A stretch of 24,000 bases of DNA from Halostagnicola sp. A-GB9-2 (GCF_030068615.1 NZ_JASJOC010000001.1:851045-875044); one strand, 5' to 3'. Positions 8,166-16,919 are shown, counted from the stretch's first letter. Notes: a model not told the origin generated them from the sequence alone. Program-made: numbers and translations.

Positions 8166-10055
8166 ATGGATACGTCCGACACGGAGTCGACGGATCAAGA
8201 GTCCGACTCGATGTCGAACGCGACCGTCGCGCTCGAGCAGATGGTCGATCCGGTGGTGACGGTTGCAGACGGGGCGGTTACGTACGCGAACGAAGCCGCT
8301 TGCGAGGAGTTCAGCCTCACGGGCGACGAAGAGGAAGAAGCCACAGACGCCACCCTCGAGGGACGGTGGGCCACACTTCGAGCGGAAATCGACGAAACGA
8401 CGGCCGGGACGGTTCGGGAGGTCAAACTCGAGGACGATGGCTACGACGTGCGTATTCATCGGGACGTCGATGGGGCGACGCTCATCTTCCAGCAAACAGA
8501 GGATGCCAACAGCTCGACGAACGACAGGGCCGTCAAAGCTCGTGCGGTCAACGAGGCACCGGTGGGGGTGGCGATCTCCGATCCGTCGCTCGAGGACAAT
8601 CCGCTGGTGTACGTTAACGACACCTATCAGGACCTATCCGGGTACGAGTTCGAAGACATCGTCGGACGGAACTGCAGAGTTCTTCAGGGGCCGGATTCGG
8701 ACCCCCATGCCGTCGAGGAGATGCGAGCCGCCATCGACGACGAACGGCCGGTGACCGTCGAGCTCAAGAACTACCGCAAAGACGGTACCGAATTCTGGAA
8801 CGAGGTCACGATCGCACCGGTCTACGACGGCCGCGGCGAACTCACCAACTACGTCGGCTTCCAGAACGATATTACCGCCCGCAAAGAGGCCGAATTCGAG
8901 GCCGAGCGACGAACCGAGGAGCTCGAGTACACCCTCGAGCGCGTCGAAGGGTTGATTCAGGATGTCACCGACGTGGTCGCGGGATCGACGACCCGGAGCG
9001 AACTGGAGGCCGCCGTCTGCGATCGCATTGTTGCGGAGTCCGCCTACGACGGCGCCTGGATCGGCGAGCGAAACCCCGAAACCCGCACCGTCGACGTTCG
9101 GACTGCTGCCGGTCGGTCACCGGACGTTCCCGACGAACTCGACGGACACCCGGCAACCAAAACGCTCGAGACCGCCGCGGTTTCGATCGACACGATCGGC
9201 GGATCGACCCGGGCGGCGTTCCCACTGTTTTACAATGATATCGAATACGGGGTCCTTACCGTCCGGACGGGAACCGAGCGAGACATCACCGACCGGGAGA
9301 CCGTTATCCTCTCCGCGCTCGCTCGCGCCGTCGCCAGCGGTGTTAACGCTCGCGAAACCAGTCGAATGCTCGCGACGGACGCCGTCGTGGCCGTCGACCT
9401 CGAACTCACCGACGCGTCGGCCGCACCCGTCGCCGTCTCGCGGGCGACGGACTGTCGACTCGAGTACCGGCGCTCGGTTCACCGAACGGGAGCGAAAACT
9501 TCCTCGTTGTTCACCGCAACTGGGCCGTCGTCGGACGACAGCACGGACGTATCAGCGGCGATAGCAGAAGCCACAACAGCTCTCGACGGCGTTGACCTAT
9601 CGATACTGGTCGAACGTGACGACGAATGTCTGGTCGAGCTCTCGACCGAAGAGAACGTCGTTACCTGGCTTTCCGAACGCGGTGTCAGGACACAGGCGAT
9701 TTCCGCGGAGAACGGGCGGGCACGACTTACGCTCGAGATTCCCCGATCCGCGGACGTGCGATCCGTCATCGAGGCGATCGAGGACCGCTACGACGGCACT
9801 GATGTCATCTCGTTCCAGCACAGGGAGCCAAATGGGGAAACGCGACAGGAGTTCGCCGCTCGTCTCGAGGAGGAGCTTACCGAGCGCCAGTTCGCGTCGA
9901 TTCAACGGGCATACCTGGGCGGCTATTTCGAGTGGCCGCGACCCGCTACGGGCGAGGAACTCGCCGAATCGCTCGGCGTCTCGCGACCGACGTTTCACGA
10001 ACACTTACGCAATGCGGAGGCGAAACTCTGTCGAGCGTTCTTCGGTGACGACTGA
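8166..10055 (+). CDS. Bat-type transcription regulator: N-terminal PAS-like region, LOV domain, GAF-like domain, BAT domain, HTH_10 DNA-binding domain
   Basis: C-terminal 'LTERQFASIQRAYLGGYFEWPRPATGEELAESLGVSRPTFHEHLRNAEAKL' is the HTH_10/bat-type motif. The LOV signature is listed as a separate feature. ATG at 8166 (MDTSDTE..) is preferred over 8064, which overlaps the divergent gene's start. Confidence 0.88.
   Translation: MDTSDTESTDQESDSMSNATVALEQMVDPVVTVADGAVTYANEAACEEFSLTGDEEEEATDATLEGRWATLRAEIDETTAGTVREVKLEDDGYDVRIHRDVDGATLIFQQTEDANSSTNDRAVKARAVNEAPVGVAISDPSLEDNPLVYVNDTYQDLSGYEFEDIVGRNCRVLQGPDSDPHAVEEMRAAIDDERPVTVELKNYRKDGTEFWNEVTIAPVYDGRGELTNYVGFQNDITARKEAEFEAERRTEELEYTLERVEGLIQDVTDVVAGSTTRSELEAAVCDRIVAESAYDGAWIGERNPETRTVDVRTAAGRSPDVPDELDGHPATKTLETAAVSIDTIGGSTRAAFPLFYNDIEYGVLTVRTGTERDITDRETVILSALARAVASGVNARETSRMLATDAVVAVDLELTDASAAPVAVSRATDCRLEYRRSVHRTGAKTSSLFTATGPSSDDSTDVSAAIAEATTALDGVDLSILVERDDECLVELSTEENVVTWLSERGVRTQAISAENGRARLTLEIPRSADVRSVIEAIEDRYDGTDVISFQHREPNGETRQEFAARLEEELTERQFASIQRAYLGGYFEWPRPATGEELAESLGVSRPTFHEHLRNAEAKLCRAFFGDD
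8544..8873 (+). other. LOV (light-oxygen-voltage) flavin-binding PAS domain within the Bat-type regulator; putative photoactive Cys codon at 8673-8675
   Basis: 'ISDPSLEDNPLVYVNDTY..GRNCRVLQGPDSD..VELKNYRKDGTEFWNEV..YVGFQNDIT' aligns block for block with phototropin LOV2 ('ITDPRLPDNPIIFASDSF..GRNCRFLQGPETD..LINYTKSGKKFWNLF..YFIGVQLDGT'). Confidence 0.8.
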
Positions 10056-10226
10056 TCCTGTCGGCAGTACGTCGTTCACAATTCTCGTCGCCCCGCGGGT
10101 GCAAGACGCTTCACAGGGGGACAGCCGACAGTACGGCTGAAACGCCGTCAGCGGCGGATTGAACCCCGGCTTACTCGCCTGTAGTCTAAACTTAGCACTC
10201 GGAACGGTCCCGGACGGTCGGCGGCA

Positions 10227-10232
10227 TTTATA
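10227..10232 (+). promoter_or_regulatory. TATA box (TTTATA) for the DUF1328 gene
   Basis: TTTATA lies 25-30 nt upstream of ATG 10257, consistent with a leaderless transcript. This argues against the GTG start at 10242. Confidence 0.5.
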
Positions 10233-10256
10233 TGCACCGTCGTGATAGCTCGGCGT

Positions 10257-10445
10257 ATGCTGGAACTCGCGACTCCGCTACAAATCGGTGACGGTGGCTT
10301 TCTGTACTGGGCGGTCGTCTTCTTCGTCCTCGCAATCGTTGCAGCCGCGGTCGGTGCTCGCGGTGTCGCCGGAATTTCGATGGAGATCGCACGGATCTTC
10401 GTGTTGATCTTCATCATTCTCGCGATCGTCGCGCTCCTGTTGTGA
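10257..10445 (+). CDS. DUF1328/UPF0391-family small membrane protein
   Basis: 62-aa product with two hydrophobic helices: 'FLYWAVVFFVLAIVAAAVGARGVAGISMEIARIFVLIFIILAIVALLL'. This is the characteristic DUF1328 pattern (helix, 'GFGGIAG'-like loop, helix). Confidence 0.7.
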   Translation: MLELATPLQIGDGGFLYWAVVFFVLAIVAAAVGARGVAGISMEIARIFVLIFIILAIVALLL

Positions 10446-10652
10446 GCCGATAGTTAGCCGGTTGGAATGTGCACACAATCGGTTACGAATGCGCAGAACT
10501 TGCCACCGCGCTCGTTGCACTCGAGCCACGGAAAGGCGTGTGTTTTGAGCCCGTATTGATTGGTCCGCGACAGCCGGCGTAACTAAATCTGGTTACCTTC
10601 CGTCGGGAAGGACTAACACGACGGAGGACAAAGATAATAGTGAGCATTTACC

Positions 10653-12578
10653 ATGACAGATATTGGCGGCTTCCACGACAACGTCGCACGCATCGACCTC
10701 GGGGAGGAGTCGGTCGACTACGAGTCGATCGACGACGAGGACGCGAAGAAGTATATCGGTGCCCGCGGGCTGGGGGTGAAGTATGTCTTCGAACAGGGAC
10801 CGGACGTCGACCCGCTTGGTCCGGAGAACCTCCTTGCGTTCATGAACGGGCCACTTTCGGGGACCCAGGTGACGATGAGCGGCCGGATCGCGGTCTGTAC
10901 GAAATCGCCGCTGACCGGGACCGTCACCGACAGCCACCACGGCGGCTGGTCGGGAGCGCGGCTCAAATGGGCCGGCTTTGACGGCCTGCTGTTCGAGGGC
11001 CAGGCCGACGAGCCAGTCTACGCGTACATCGAGGACGGCGAGGTCGAGCTTCGAGACGCCTCCCACCTCTGGGGGAACGGCGTCCACGAGACTCGAGACA
11101 CCATCGAGGAGGAGATCGATGGAGCGTACGGCAAGAACCTCTCGATAATGGCGATCGGTCCAGGCGGCGAAAACGGGGTCAAGTACGCCTGCATCGTCAA
11201 CGAGGACGACAGAGCGTCGGGTCGAGGGGGAACCGGCTGCGTCATGGGCTCGAAGAACCTCAAAGCGGTCGTCGTCAAGTCGACGACGAAGATGCCCCAG
11301 CCCGCCGACCAGGAGACGTTCAAGGAGGGCCATCAACAGGCGATGGCCGCGATCACCGAATCCGAGGTAACTGCGCCCAACGAGGGCGGCCTCTCGCTGT
11401 ACGGCACGAACGTCCTGATGAACATCACGGAAGAGATGGACGGCCTCCCGACGAAAAACGGGGTGTACACCTCTACGGAGAGTATGACCGAGGCCGAGGG
11501 CGTCGACATCGACGCCGAGCGCGTCTCCGGCGAGAACGTCCGCGAGAACATCCTCGTCGACGAACCGACCTGTCACTCCTGTCCTGTCGCCTGCAAGAAG
11601 GAAGTCGAGGTCCAGACGATGCACAAGGGCGAGGAGATGAACGTCCGGATGGAGTCCTACGAGTACGAGTCCGCCTACGCGCTCGGGCCGAACTCGGGCC
11701 ACACCGACCGCGACGCCGTCGGACTGATGATCGACCGCTGTAACGACATGGGCATCGACACCATCGAGGTCGGGAACATGATGGCGATGGCCATGGAGAT
11801 GAGCGAGCAGGGCAAACTCGAGGAGGGCCTCGACTGGGGCGACTCCGAGACGATGGTCGACATGATCGAACACATCGCTCGCCGCGAGGACGACCTCGCG
11901 GACCTGCTCGCAGAAGGGCCGCGTCGAGTCGCGGACCGCAAAGACGCACACGACAATTCTCTTGCGGTTAAAGGACAGACGATTCCGGCGTACGACCCGC
12001 GCTGTATGAAGGGCATGGGCATCGCCTACGCAACATCGAACCGCGGCGCGTGTCACCTCCGCGCATACACGCCCGCAGCCGAAATCCTTGGCGTACCGGA
12101 GAAGGTCGATCCCTACGAGTACGAAGGGAAGGGCGAACTGACCGCCGCCTTCCAGGATCTCCACGCCATCTCCGACAGCTTCGACATCTGCAAGTTCAAC
12201 GCTTTCGCCGAAGGGATCGAGGAGTACGTCCTCCAGTACAACGGCATGACCGGACTCGAGTACACTGAAGACGACCTGCTCGAGGCCGGCGAACGCATCT
12301 ACAACTTAGAGCGGTACTACAACAACCTCGCCGGCTTCGACGGCGCAGACGACTCCCTGCCAGCCCGGTTCCTCGAGGGCGGGGACGGAATCGCCGGACA
12401 GGGTGCGAGCGAGGGCGAGTTCTGCGAACTCGAGGAGATGAAAGACGAGTACTACGACCACCGCGGCTGGGTCGACGGCGTCGTGCCGGACGAGAAACTC
12501 GAGGAACTCGAGATCGATATCGGCCCCGGAACCGGCGTGGATTCGAGCGGCGGTGCGACTGCCACCGGCGACGACTGA
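10653..12578 (+). CDS. aor: Aldehyde:ferredoxin oxidoreductase (AOR family, tungsto/molybdo-pterin plus [4Fe-4S])
   Basis: N-terminal 'RIDLGEESVDYESIDDEDAKKYIGARGLGVKYVF', 'MSGRIAVCTKSPLTG', [4Fe-4S] ligand motif 'CHSCPVACKK' plus 'NRGACHLRA'. Length of 641 aa is typical. Confidence 0.93.
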   Translation: MTDIGGFHDNVARIDLGEESVDYESIDDEDAKKYIGARGLGVKYVFEQGPDVDPLGPENLLAFMNGPLSGTQVTMSGRIAVCTKSPLTGTVTDSHHGGWSGARLKWAGFDGLLFEGQADEPVYAYIEDGEVELRDASHLWGNGVHETRDTIEEEIDGAYGKNLSIMAIGPGGENGVKYACIVNEDDRASGRGGTGCVMGSKNLKAVVVKSTTKMPQPADQETFKEGHQQAMAAITESEVTAPNEGGLSLYGTNVLMNITEEMDGLPTKNGVYTSTESMTEAEGVDIDAERVSGENVRENILVDEPTCHSCPVACKKEVEVQTMHKGEEMNVRMESYEYESAYALGPNSGHTDRDAVGLMIDRCNDMGIDTIEVGNMMAMAMEMSEQGKLEEGLDWGDSETMVDMIEHIARREDDLADLLAEGPRRVADRKDAHDNSLAVKGQTIPAYDPRCMKGMGIAYATSNRGACHLRAYTPAAEILGVPEKVDPYEYEGKGELTAAFQDLHAISDSFDICKFNAFAEGIEEYVLQYNGMTGLEYTEDDLLEAGERIYNLERYYNNLAGFDGADDSLPARFLEGGDGIAGQGASEGEFCELEEMKDEYYDHRGWVDGVVPDEKLEELEIDIGPGTGVDSSGGATATGDD

Positions 12579-12675
12579 TCGCCGCCACCGGCGAAGGGGA
12601 CTCGATCGCTCGATTTTGGCGACAGCAAAGCTTCGGGCGTCGACGACAGTGAGGTGAGCGAAAAATCAGTCGCGA

Positions 12676-12825
12676 TTACTTCTTAAATTCGTACGTGGCG
12701 ATTTCGGTCGAATCGCAGTTCGGACAGACGTCGCGTTCTTCATCCAGCGTCGTCCCGCAGTTTCGACACTCATAGTGTGGGTCGTCGTCCGTCAGCAGTT
12801 CCGTGAGAACGTCTTTGAGAACCAT
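12676..12825 (-). CDS. 49-aa C4 zinc-ribbon microprotein, translationally coupled to the upstream Lrp-TrkA_C gene (below the ORF-track length cutoff)
   Basis: My hand translation is MVLKDVLTELLTDDDPHYECRNCGTTLDEERDVCPNCDSTEIATYEFKK*. It has two CxxC knuckles and GC3-rich codons. Its ATG (12823-12825) overlaps the Lrp stop TAA (12825-12827) as TAATG. A T5 tract follows the stop on the minus strand (12661-12665). Confidence 0.6.
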   Translation of the reverse strand: MVLKDVLTELLTDDDPHYECRNCGTTLDEERDVCPNCDSTEIATYEFKK

Positions 12826-13559
12826 TACGGATCGATTGGGTCCGGCTCTCGGCCGAACTCGGTCGCGGGCTTTTGGAAACTATCGAGCGTTCGGTCGTCG
12901 ATGCCGTCCCGCGAAAGGACGGTCACGACGTCGTCCGAGCGAATCGTCGTCTCGCCGCGAGGAGTTAGCACGGTACCGTCCCGCTCGATGGCGACGACGA
13001 GAAGGTCGTCCGGGAGGACACCGTTGTTTCCGGCCTCCTCGAGCGTATAACCGCGTATTTCGGATTCGGAGCCGACGGTGACTTCGACGACGTTGGCGTC
13101 TCCGGTCAGGCTAATCACATCCATCGGCGTCGGTTCAGCCGTCGTTTCGTCGGGGCCGTACGGCGCGTACGGACGCGAAAGTTCGTCCTGAACGAGATCC
13201 TCGTCTTCGATTTCGGCGCCGAGTTCGGACAGCGCGCGCCCGATCCGCTCGAGAGACTTCGTATCCGCGCCGACGGCGACGACGTGGAGGTTTCGTCGCC
13301 CGGTCATCAGTTTTCGAACGTTGATGACGCCGGGAATCGCGCTCACTTTCTGAGCGATCGATTCGCGGTTTTCGACCGGAACGTTGCACTGAAAGAGCGT
13401 CGTCAACCCGCCCTCGGCGGACTCGAAATCGACCGACGTGTGGTAGCCGCGGATAATGCCGTGGCTCTCGAGTTGATCGATCCGATTGCGGATCGTCGCC
13501 GGAGAGACGCTGACCTCCTCGGCGATCATGGGCGCGGACGTGTTGCGCGCGTCGGCCAT
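12825..13559 (-). CDS. Lrp/AsnC-family transcription regulator fused to a C-terminal TrkA_C (RCK_C) ligand-binding domain
   Basis: 'ARNTSAPMIAEEVSVSPATIRNRIDQLESHGIIRGYH' is an AsnC-type HTH, followed by a RAM-like region. The C-terminal 'VVEVTVGSESEIRGYTLEEA...VVAIERDGTVLTPRGETTIRSDDVVTVL' is TrkA_C-like. The first ATG is at 13559, but the conserved helix-1 sequence continues in frame upstream (see findings). Confidence 0.85.
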   Translation of the reverse strand: MADARNTSAPMIAEEVSVSPATIRNRIDQLESHGIIRGYHTSVDFESAEGGLTTLFQCNVPVENRESIAQKVSAIPGVINVRKLMTGRRNLHVVAVGADTKSLERIGRALSELGAEIEDEDLVQDELSRPYAPYGPDETTAEPTPMDVISLTGDANVVEVTVGSESEIRGYTLEEAGNNGVLPDDLLVVAIERDGTVLTPRGETTIRSDDVVTVLSRDGIDDRTLDSFQKPATEFGREPDPIDP

Positions 13560-13844
13560 CAGCGCGTAGATTATCCGTCGATCGATCTCGTCGAGACGGT
13601 ATCCCGAATCGGGGCGCTGATTAGCGATAGCGGCTCACCCTCATTGGTCACTCAGTTGGCTTTCACGATCGAACAATAAATACTCCCCGGATTATTCAAA
13701 CCGTACTCTCAGTTCGAATAGCTCAGGAAGCGAAAATTCTACCGATACAAATATATGTTCTGCGCCGATTTCGCAGACTAGAAACAGTACGCAGTTTCAC
13801 CTGTGCGGTTTAAGCCCCGCGAAACCGGGGAGGACGACCACATC

Positions 13845-16184
13845 ATGTCTGATCAAGAACTCGCTCGCGACCTGGGATTCGTCGAGGCCTACACGCTTGG
13901 GCTGGGAACGATGATCGGAGCCGGCATTTTTGTGCTCCCCGGAATCGTCGCGGATGCAGCAGGCCCCGCAAGCATGATTTCCTTCGCTATCGGGGGCGTC
14001 GTCGCGTTGCTCGCGGCGCTTTCGCTTTCCGAACTGGCGACCGGAATGCCAAAAGCCGGCGGGAGCTACTATTACGTCAACCACGCACTGGGGAGTTTCT
14101 TCGGTACGATCGTCGGCTGGGGAATGTGGGCCGGGTTGATGTTCGCAACGGCGTTTTATATGCTTGGATTCGGTCAGTACCTCACCAATCAGCCCTCAGA
14201 CGCGTTCGTCGTTATCTTGGCGGGCTTGGCGATGGCCTCGGTACTCGTAGCCGTCAACTATCGCGGCGTCAAGGAAACCGGCTCCCTCCAGAACGTTATC
14301 GTCGTCTTACTTCTCGGGCTTATTCTCGTCTTCATCGCCGTCGGCTTGACGAGCGTCGACGCCGAGTTACTCTCCCCCTTCGTCCGCGAAGGAGAAGGGT
14401 GGCCCGTCGTCGCGGCGACCGCAGGGACGGTGTTCGTGACGTTCATTGGATTCGAAGTGATCGCAACCAGCGCCGAAGAGATCAAAGATCCGGGACGGAA
14501 CCTTCCCCTCTCGATGATCGCGGCGGTCGTCACGCCGACGATCCTCTATGTCCTCGTCATGCTGGTGAGCACGGGCACGCTCCCGGTACCGGATCTGGCA
14601 GATTCGGACGTTCCGGTCGCCGATGTCGCGGCCGCGGCCGCCGGCGGGTTCGGCTCGTTTGCCGTCGGCGAGTATCGCGTGGAATTCGCGACGATCGGAT
14701 CGATCGTCATGATCATCGGCGCGATGTTGGCGACGATCTCCTCGGCGAACGCGTCGATCCTCTCGGCCGCTCGAGTCAACTTCGCGATGGGGCGAGATCA
14801 GGTCCTCACCAACTGGCTCAACAAGATCCACGACCGATATCGAACGCCCTACCGGGCGATCCTGGCAACAGGAGTCGTTATTCTCCTCCTGATCGCCAGC
14901 CCGCTTCCGATCGATACCCTCGCAGACGTCGCGAGTTTCATGTTCCTCATCACGTACGCGCTCGTCCACGTCGCCGTCATCGTCCTGCGTCGGGCGGAAC
15001 CCGACGAGTACGATCCGGACTTTCGGATCCCGGCAGTCCTCTACCCGGTCGTTCCCGCTCTCGGGTTCCTAACCTGTCTCGGCGTCATGTACCAGATGGT
15101 CTGGTACGTTCAGGCGATCGGAATCGGTATCGTCGGCGTCGGCGTCGTCTGGTACCAATTCTACGCGAAAGAGCAGGCAATCTCCACGACGCTCATCGGC
15201 GAAGCGGTCGCCCCGCAAACGGACGAAGCGCTCGAGGAGGACGCCTACCGCGTCGTCGTGCCCGTCGCGAATCCGGAAACTCAGCGCCCGCTTATCAAAT
15301 ACGCCGCGGCGAGCGCCGCGAGTCAGGACGGCGAGAGCGAACTCGTCGCAATCAACGTGATCGAGGTGCCACCACAGACGTCGCCCGCCCAGATCGAATT
15401 CGAAGAGCGGCGGGTCGAGCGCCAGCAGGCGCTCCTCGAGAACGTTCGCGACGTCGCGACGGATCTGGATGTCGCGGTAAGAACGCGGGCGATCGTCGGC
15501 CGAGACGCTGGAGAGACGCTGCTCTCGGTCGTCGAGGAAGAACAAGCGAATCACATGCTGTTGGGATGGGCGGGGAGCCGACGTCGACGCGATGTGATCT
15601 TCGGCTCGACGATCGATCCGCTGCTCGAGCGAGCCGCGTGCGACGTGACGCTGGTCAAGGATCCATCCGAGTCGCCGGACGATATCGTGACGCTCGCGGG
15701 CGGCGGCCCGCACGCGCCGGTGTCCGCTCGGCGTGCAGGAGAGCTTCGGCGCGCGTTCCCCGAGAGCACGCTGACGTTGTTGAATGTGCAACCGAAGGGA
15801 GACGCCGTGATCGGACCGGATTCGGACGATCGATCCGATTCTGACGGGGAAGCCGCGGACGAAGCGCCTGCCGCAATCGATCCGAAGCAAACCGGTCGAG
15901 AGACGATCGAAAGCGTCGCGGCGGCGGCCGGCCTCAAGGCGGACGAGTTCGAGTCGCGCGTGCTCGTTGCCGACGACGTACAGGAAACGCTGCTCGAGGC
16001 GACGGTGGGGTACGGGACGGTCTGTGTCGGAGCGACGGGAACGAGCACCGTCGCGCAGGCGCTATACGGATCGCTTCCCCAGCGAATCGTTCAGCAGTCC
16101 GACGGGACGGTCCTCATGGCCCGCGGCGAAGCTCGGTCGCCACGGACGTTCCGGCAGGCGCTGATCCAGCGGCTAGAGGGGTGA
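13845..16184 (+). CDS. APC-superfamily amino-acid/cation permease fused to C-terminal tandem universal stress protein (UspA) domains
   Basis: 'AYTLGLGTMIGAGIFVLPG' and about 12 hydrophobic segments run to roughly nt 15200. Two USP-like repeats follow ('YRVVVPVANPET...', 'DIVTLAGGGPHAP...TVCVGATG'). GGAGG at 13829-13833 precedes ATG 13845, which is preferred over GTG 13803. Confidence 0.9.
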   Translation: MSDQELARDLGFVEAYTLGLGTMIGAGIFVLPGIVADAAGPASMISFAIGGVVALLAALSLSELATGMPKAGGSYYYVNHALGSFFGTIVGWGMWAGLMFATAFYMLGFGQYLTNQPSDAFVVILAGLAMASVLVAVNYRGVKETGSLQNVIVVLLLGLILVFIAVGLTSVDAELLSPFVREGEGWPVVAATAGTVFVTFIGFEVIATSAEEIKDPGRNLPLSMIAAVVTPTILYVLVMLVSTGTLPVPDLADSDVPVADVAAAAAGGFGSFAVGEYRVEFATIGSIVMIIGAMLATISSANASILSAARVNFAMGRDQVLTNWLNKIHDRYRTPYRAILATGVVILLLIASPLPIDTLADVASFMFLITYALVHVAVIVLRRAEPDEYDPDFRIPAVLYPVVPALGFLTCLGVMYQMVWYVQAIGIGIVGVGVVWYQFYAKEQAISTTLIGEAVAPQTDEALEEDAYRVVVPVANPETQRPLIKYAAASAASQDGESELVAINVIEVPPQTSPAQIEFEERRVERQQALLENVRDVATDLDVAVRTRAIVGRDAGETLLSVVEEEQANHMLLGWAGSRRRRDVIFGSTIDPLLERAACDVTLVKDPSESPDDIVTLAGGGPHAPVSARRAGELRRAFPESTLTLLNVQPKGDAVIGPDSDDRSDSDGEAADEAPAAIDPKQTGRETIESVAAAAGLKADEFESRVLVADDVQETLLEATVGYGTVCVGATGTSTVAQALYGSLPQRIVQQSDGTVLMARGEARSPRTFRQALIQRLEG

Positions 16185-16223
16185 AACCGTTCAGCTGTTG
16201 CTCGAGCCGGAGAATCGTCCGCT

Positions 16224-16577
16224 TCAGGTCCCGATAATCAATGGATCTCGGATCTCGAGTGCCGCCTCGAACTCCGAGAGGCGATCCTGTCGTCTCCCGA
16301 TCCGATGGAGTTGTTCTTCGTGTGCGCGACGAACCGCTGACGTCTCGCGACGGTCCCAATCGAACCGCTCGCCGAGTTCCTCCCAGTGGCCCCACTCGAC
16401 GAGGAACGCACAGCGGTCGTCGTCCTCGAAGACGGTCTCGTACTCGCGTCGATACCGTGCGATATCCGACTCGAGTCGTTCCTGTGCCCGGTCGACGAGC
16501 GCGGGGAGCCGAGTCGGGGGAACGCTGGCTTTCGCCGCGGTGAGAACCAGAATCTGTCCCTCGATCGGATCCGCCAT
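16224..16577 (-). CDS. Hypothetical protein (117 aa), second gene of a coupled pair
   Basis: ATG (16575-16577) overlaps the upstream gene's TGA (16577-16579) as TGATG. The product 'MADPIEGQILVLTAAK...' is acidic with GC3-rich codons. The longer 166-aa track ORF has an Arg-rich, non-protein-like N-terminus. Confidence 0.6.
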   Translation of the reverse strand: MADPIEGQILVLTAAKASVPPTRLPALVDRAQERLESDIARYRREYETVFEDDDRCAFLVEWGHWEELGERFDWDRRETSAVRRAHEEQLHRIGRRQDRLSEFEAALEIRDPLIIGT

Positions 16578-16837
16578 CAGCCACCTGCCCGCATCGCTTT
16601 CTGCGCGAACTCCTCGACGAGCGATTCGAGATGATCGTCCTCTCCCTCGAAGACGACGGTCACCTCGGTGAGCGTCAGCGACGGACCGATCTCGACCGTC
16701 TCCGAGGTGATCGACGCCGACCACCGCTCGCTCTCGACCGTCTCGTCGTCGACCCGTTCGCCCCCCAGATTCGTCAGATATCGGATCGCGAGCCGTTCGG
16801 AAATCCCTCGAAAGGAGCGCTCGATACGCCGTGTCAT
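16577..16837 (-). CDS. Hypothetical 86-aa protein ending in -Arg-Ala-Gly-Gly; possibly related to the MoaD-associated C-terminal domain (DUF1952/MoaD_arch), unverified
   Basis: The ORF shows coding-type codon bias. A TATA-like TTTATT (16861-16866, minus) sits 24-29 nt upstream of the ATG, which is leaderless geometry. C-terminus is '...EEFAQKAMRAGG*'. Confidence 0.65.
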   Translation of the reverse strand: MTRRIERSFRGISERLAIRYLTNLGGERVDDETVESERWSASITSETVEIGPSLTLTEVTVVFEGEDDHLESLVEEFAQKAMRAGG

Positions 16838-16919
16838 AGTCGGTCTTCGGTCAGCAGCCGAATAAAGCCATCTTCGTCGGCGAAACTGCCCTCGAGGCCG
16901 GACCCGCGAACATCGGCTC

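Noticed and set aside
10596-10611. Perfect hairpin CCTTCC-GTCG-GGAAGG 42 nt upstream of the AOR start codon.
   Set aside because: It is a short 6-bp stem with a single occurrence and no second copy or adjacent T tract. It cannot be distinguished from chance, so I record it only as a possible regulatory site.
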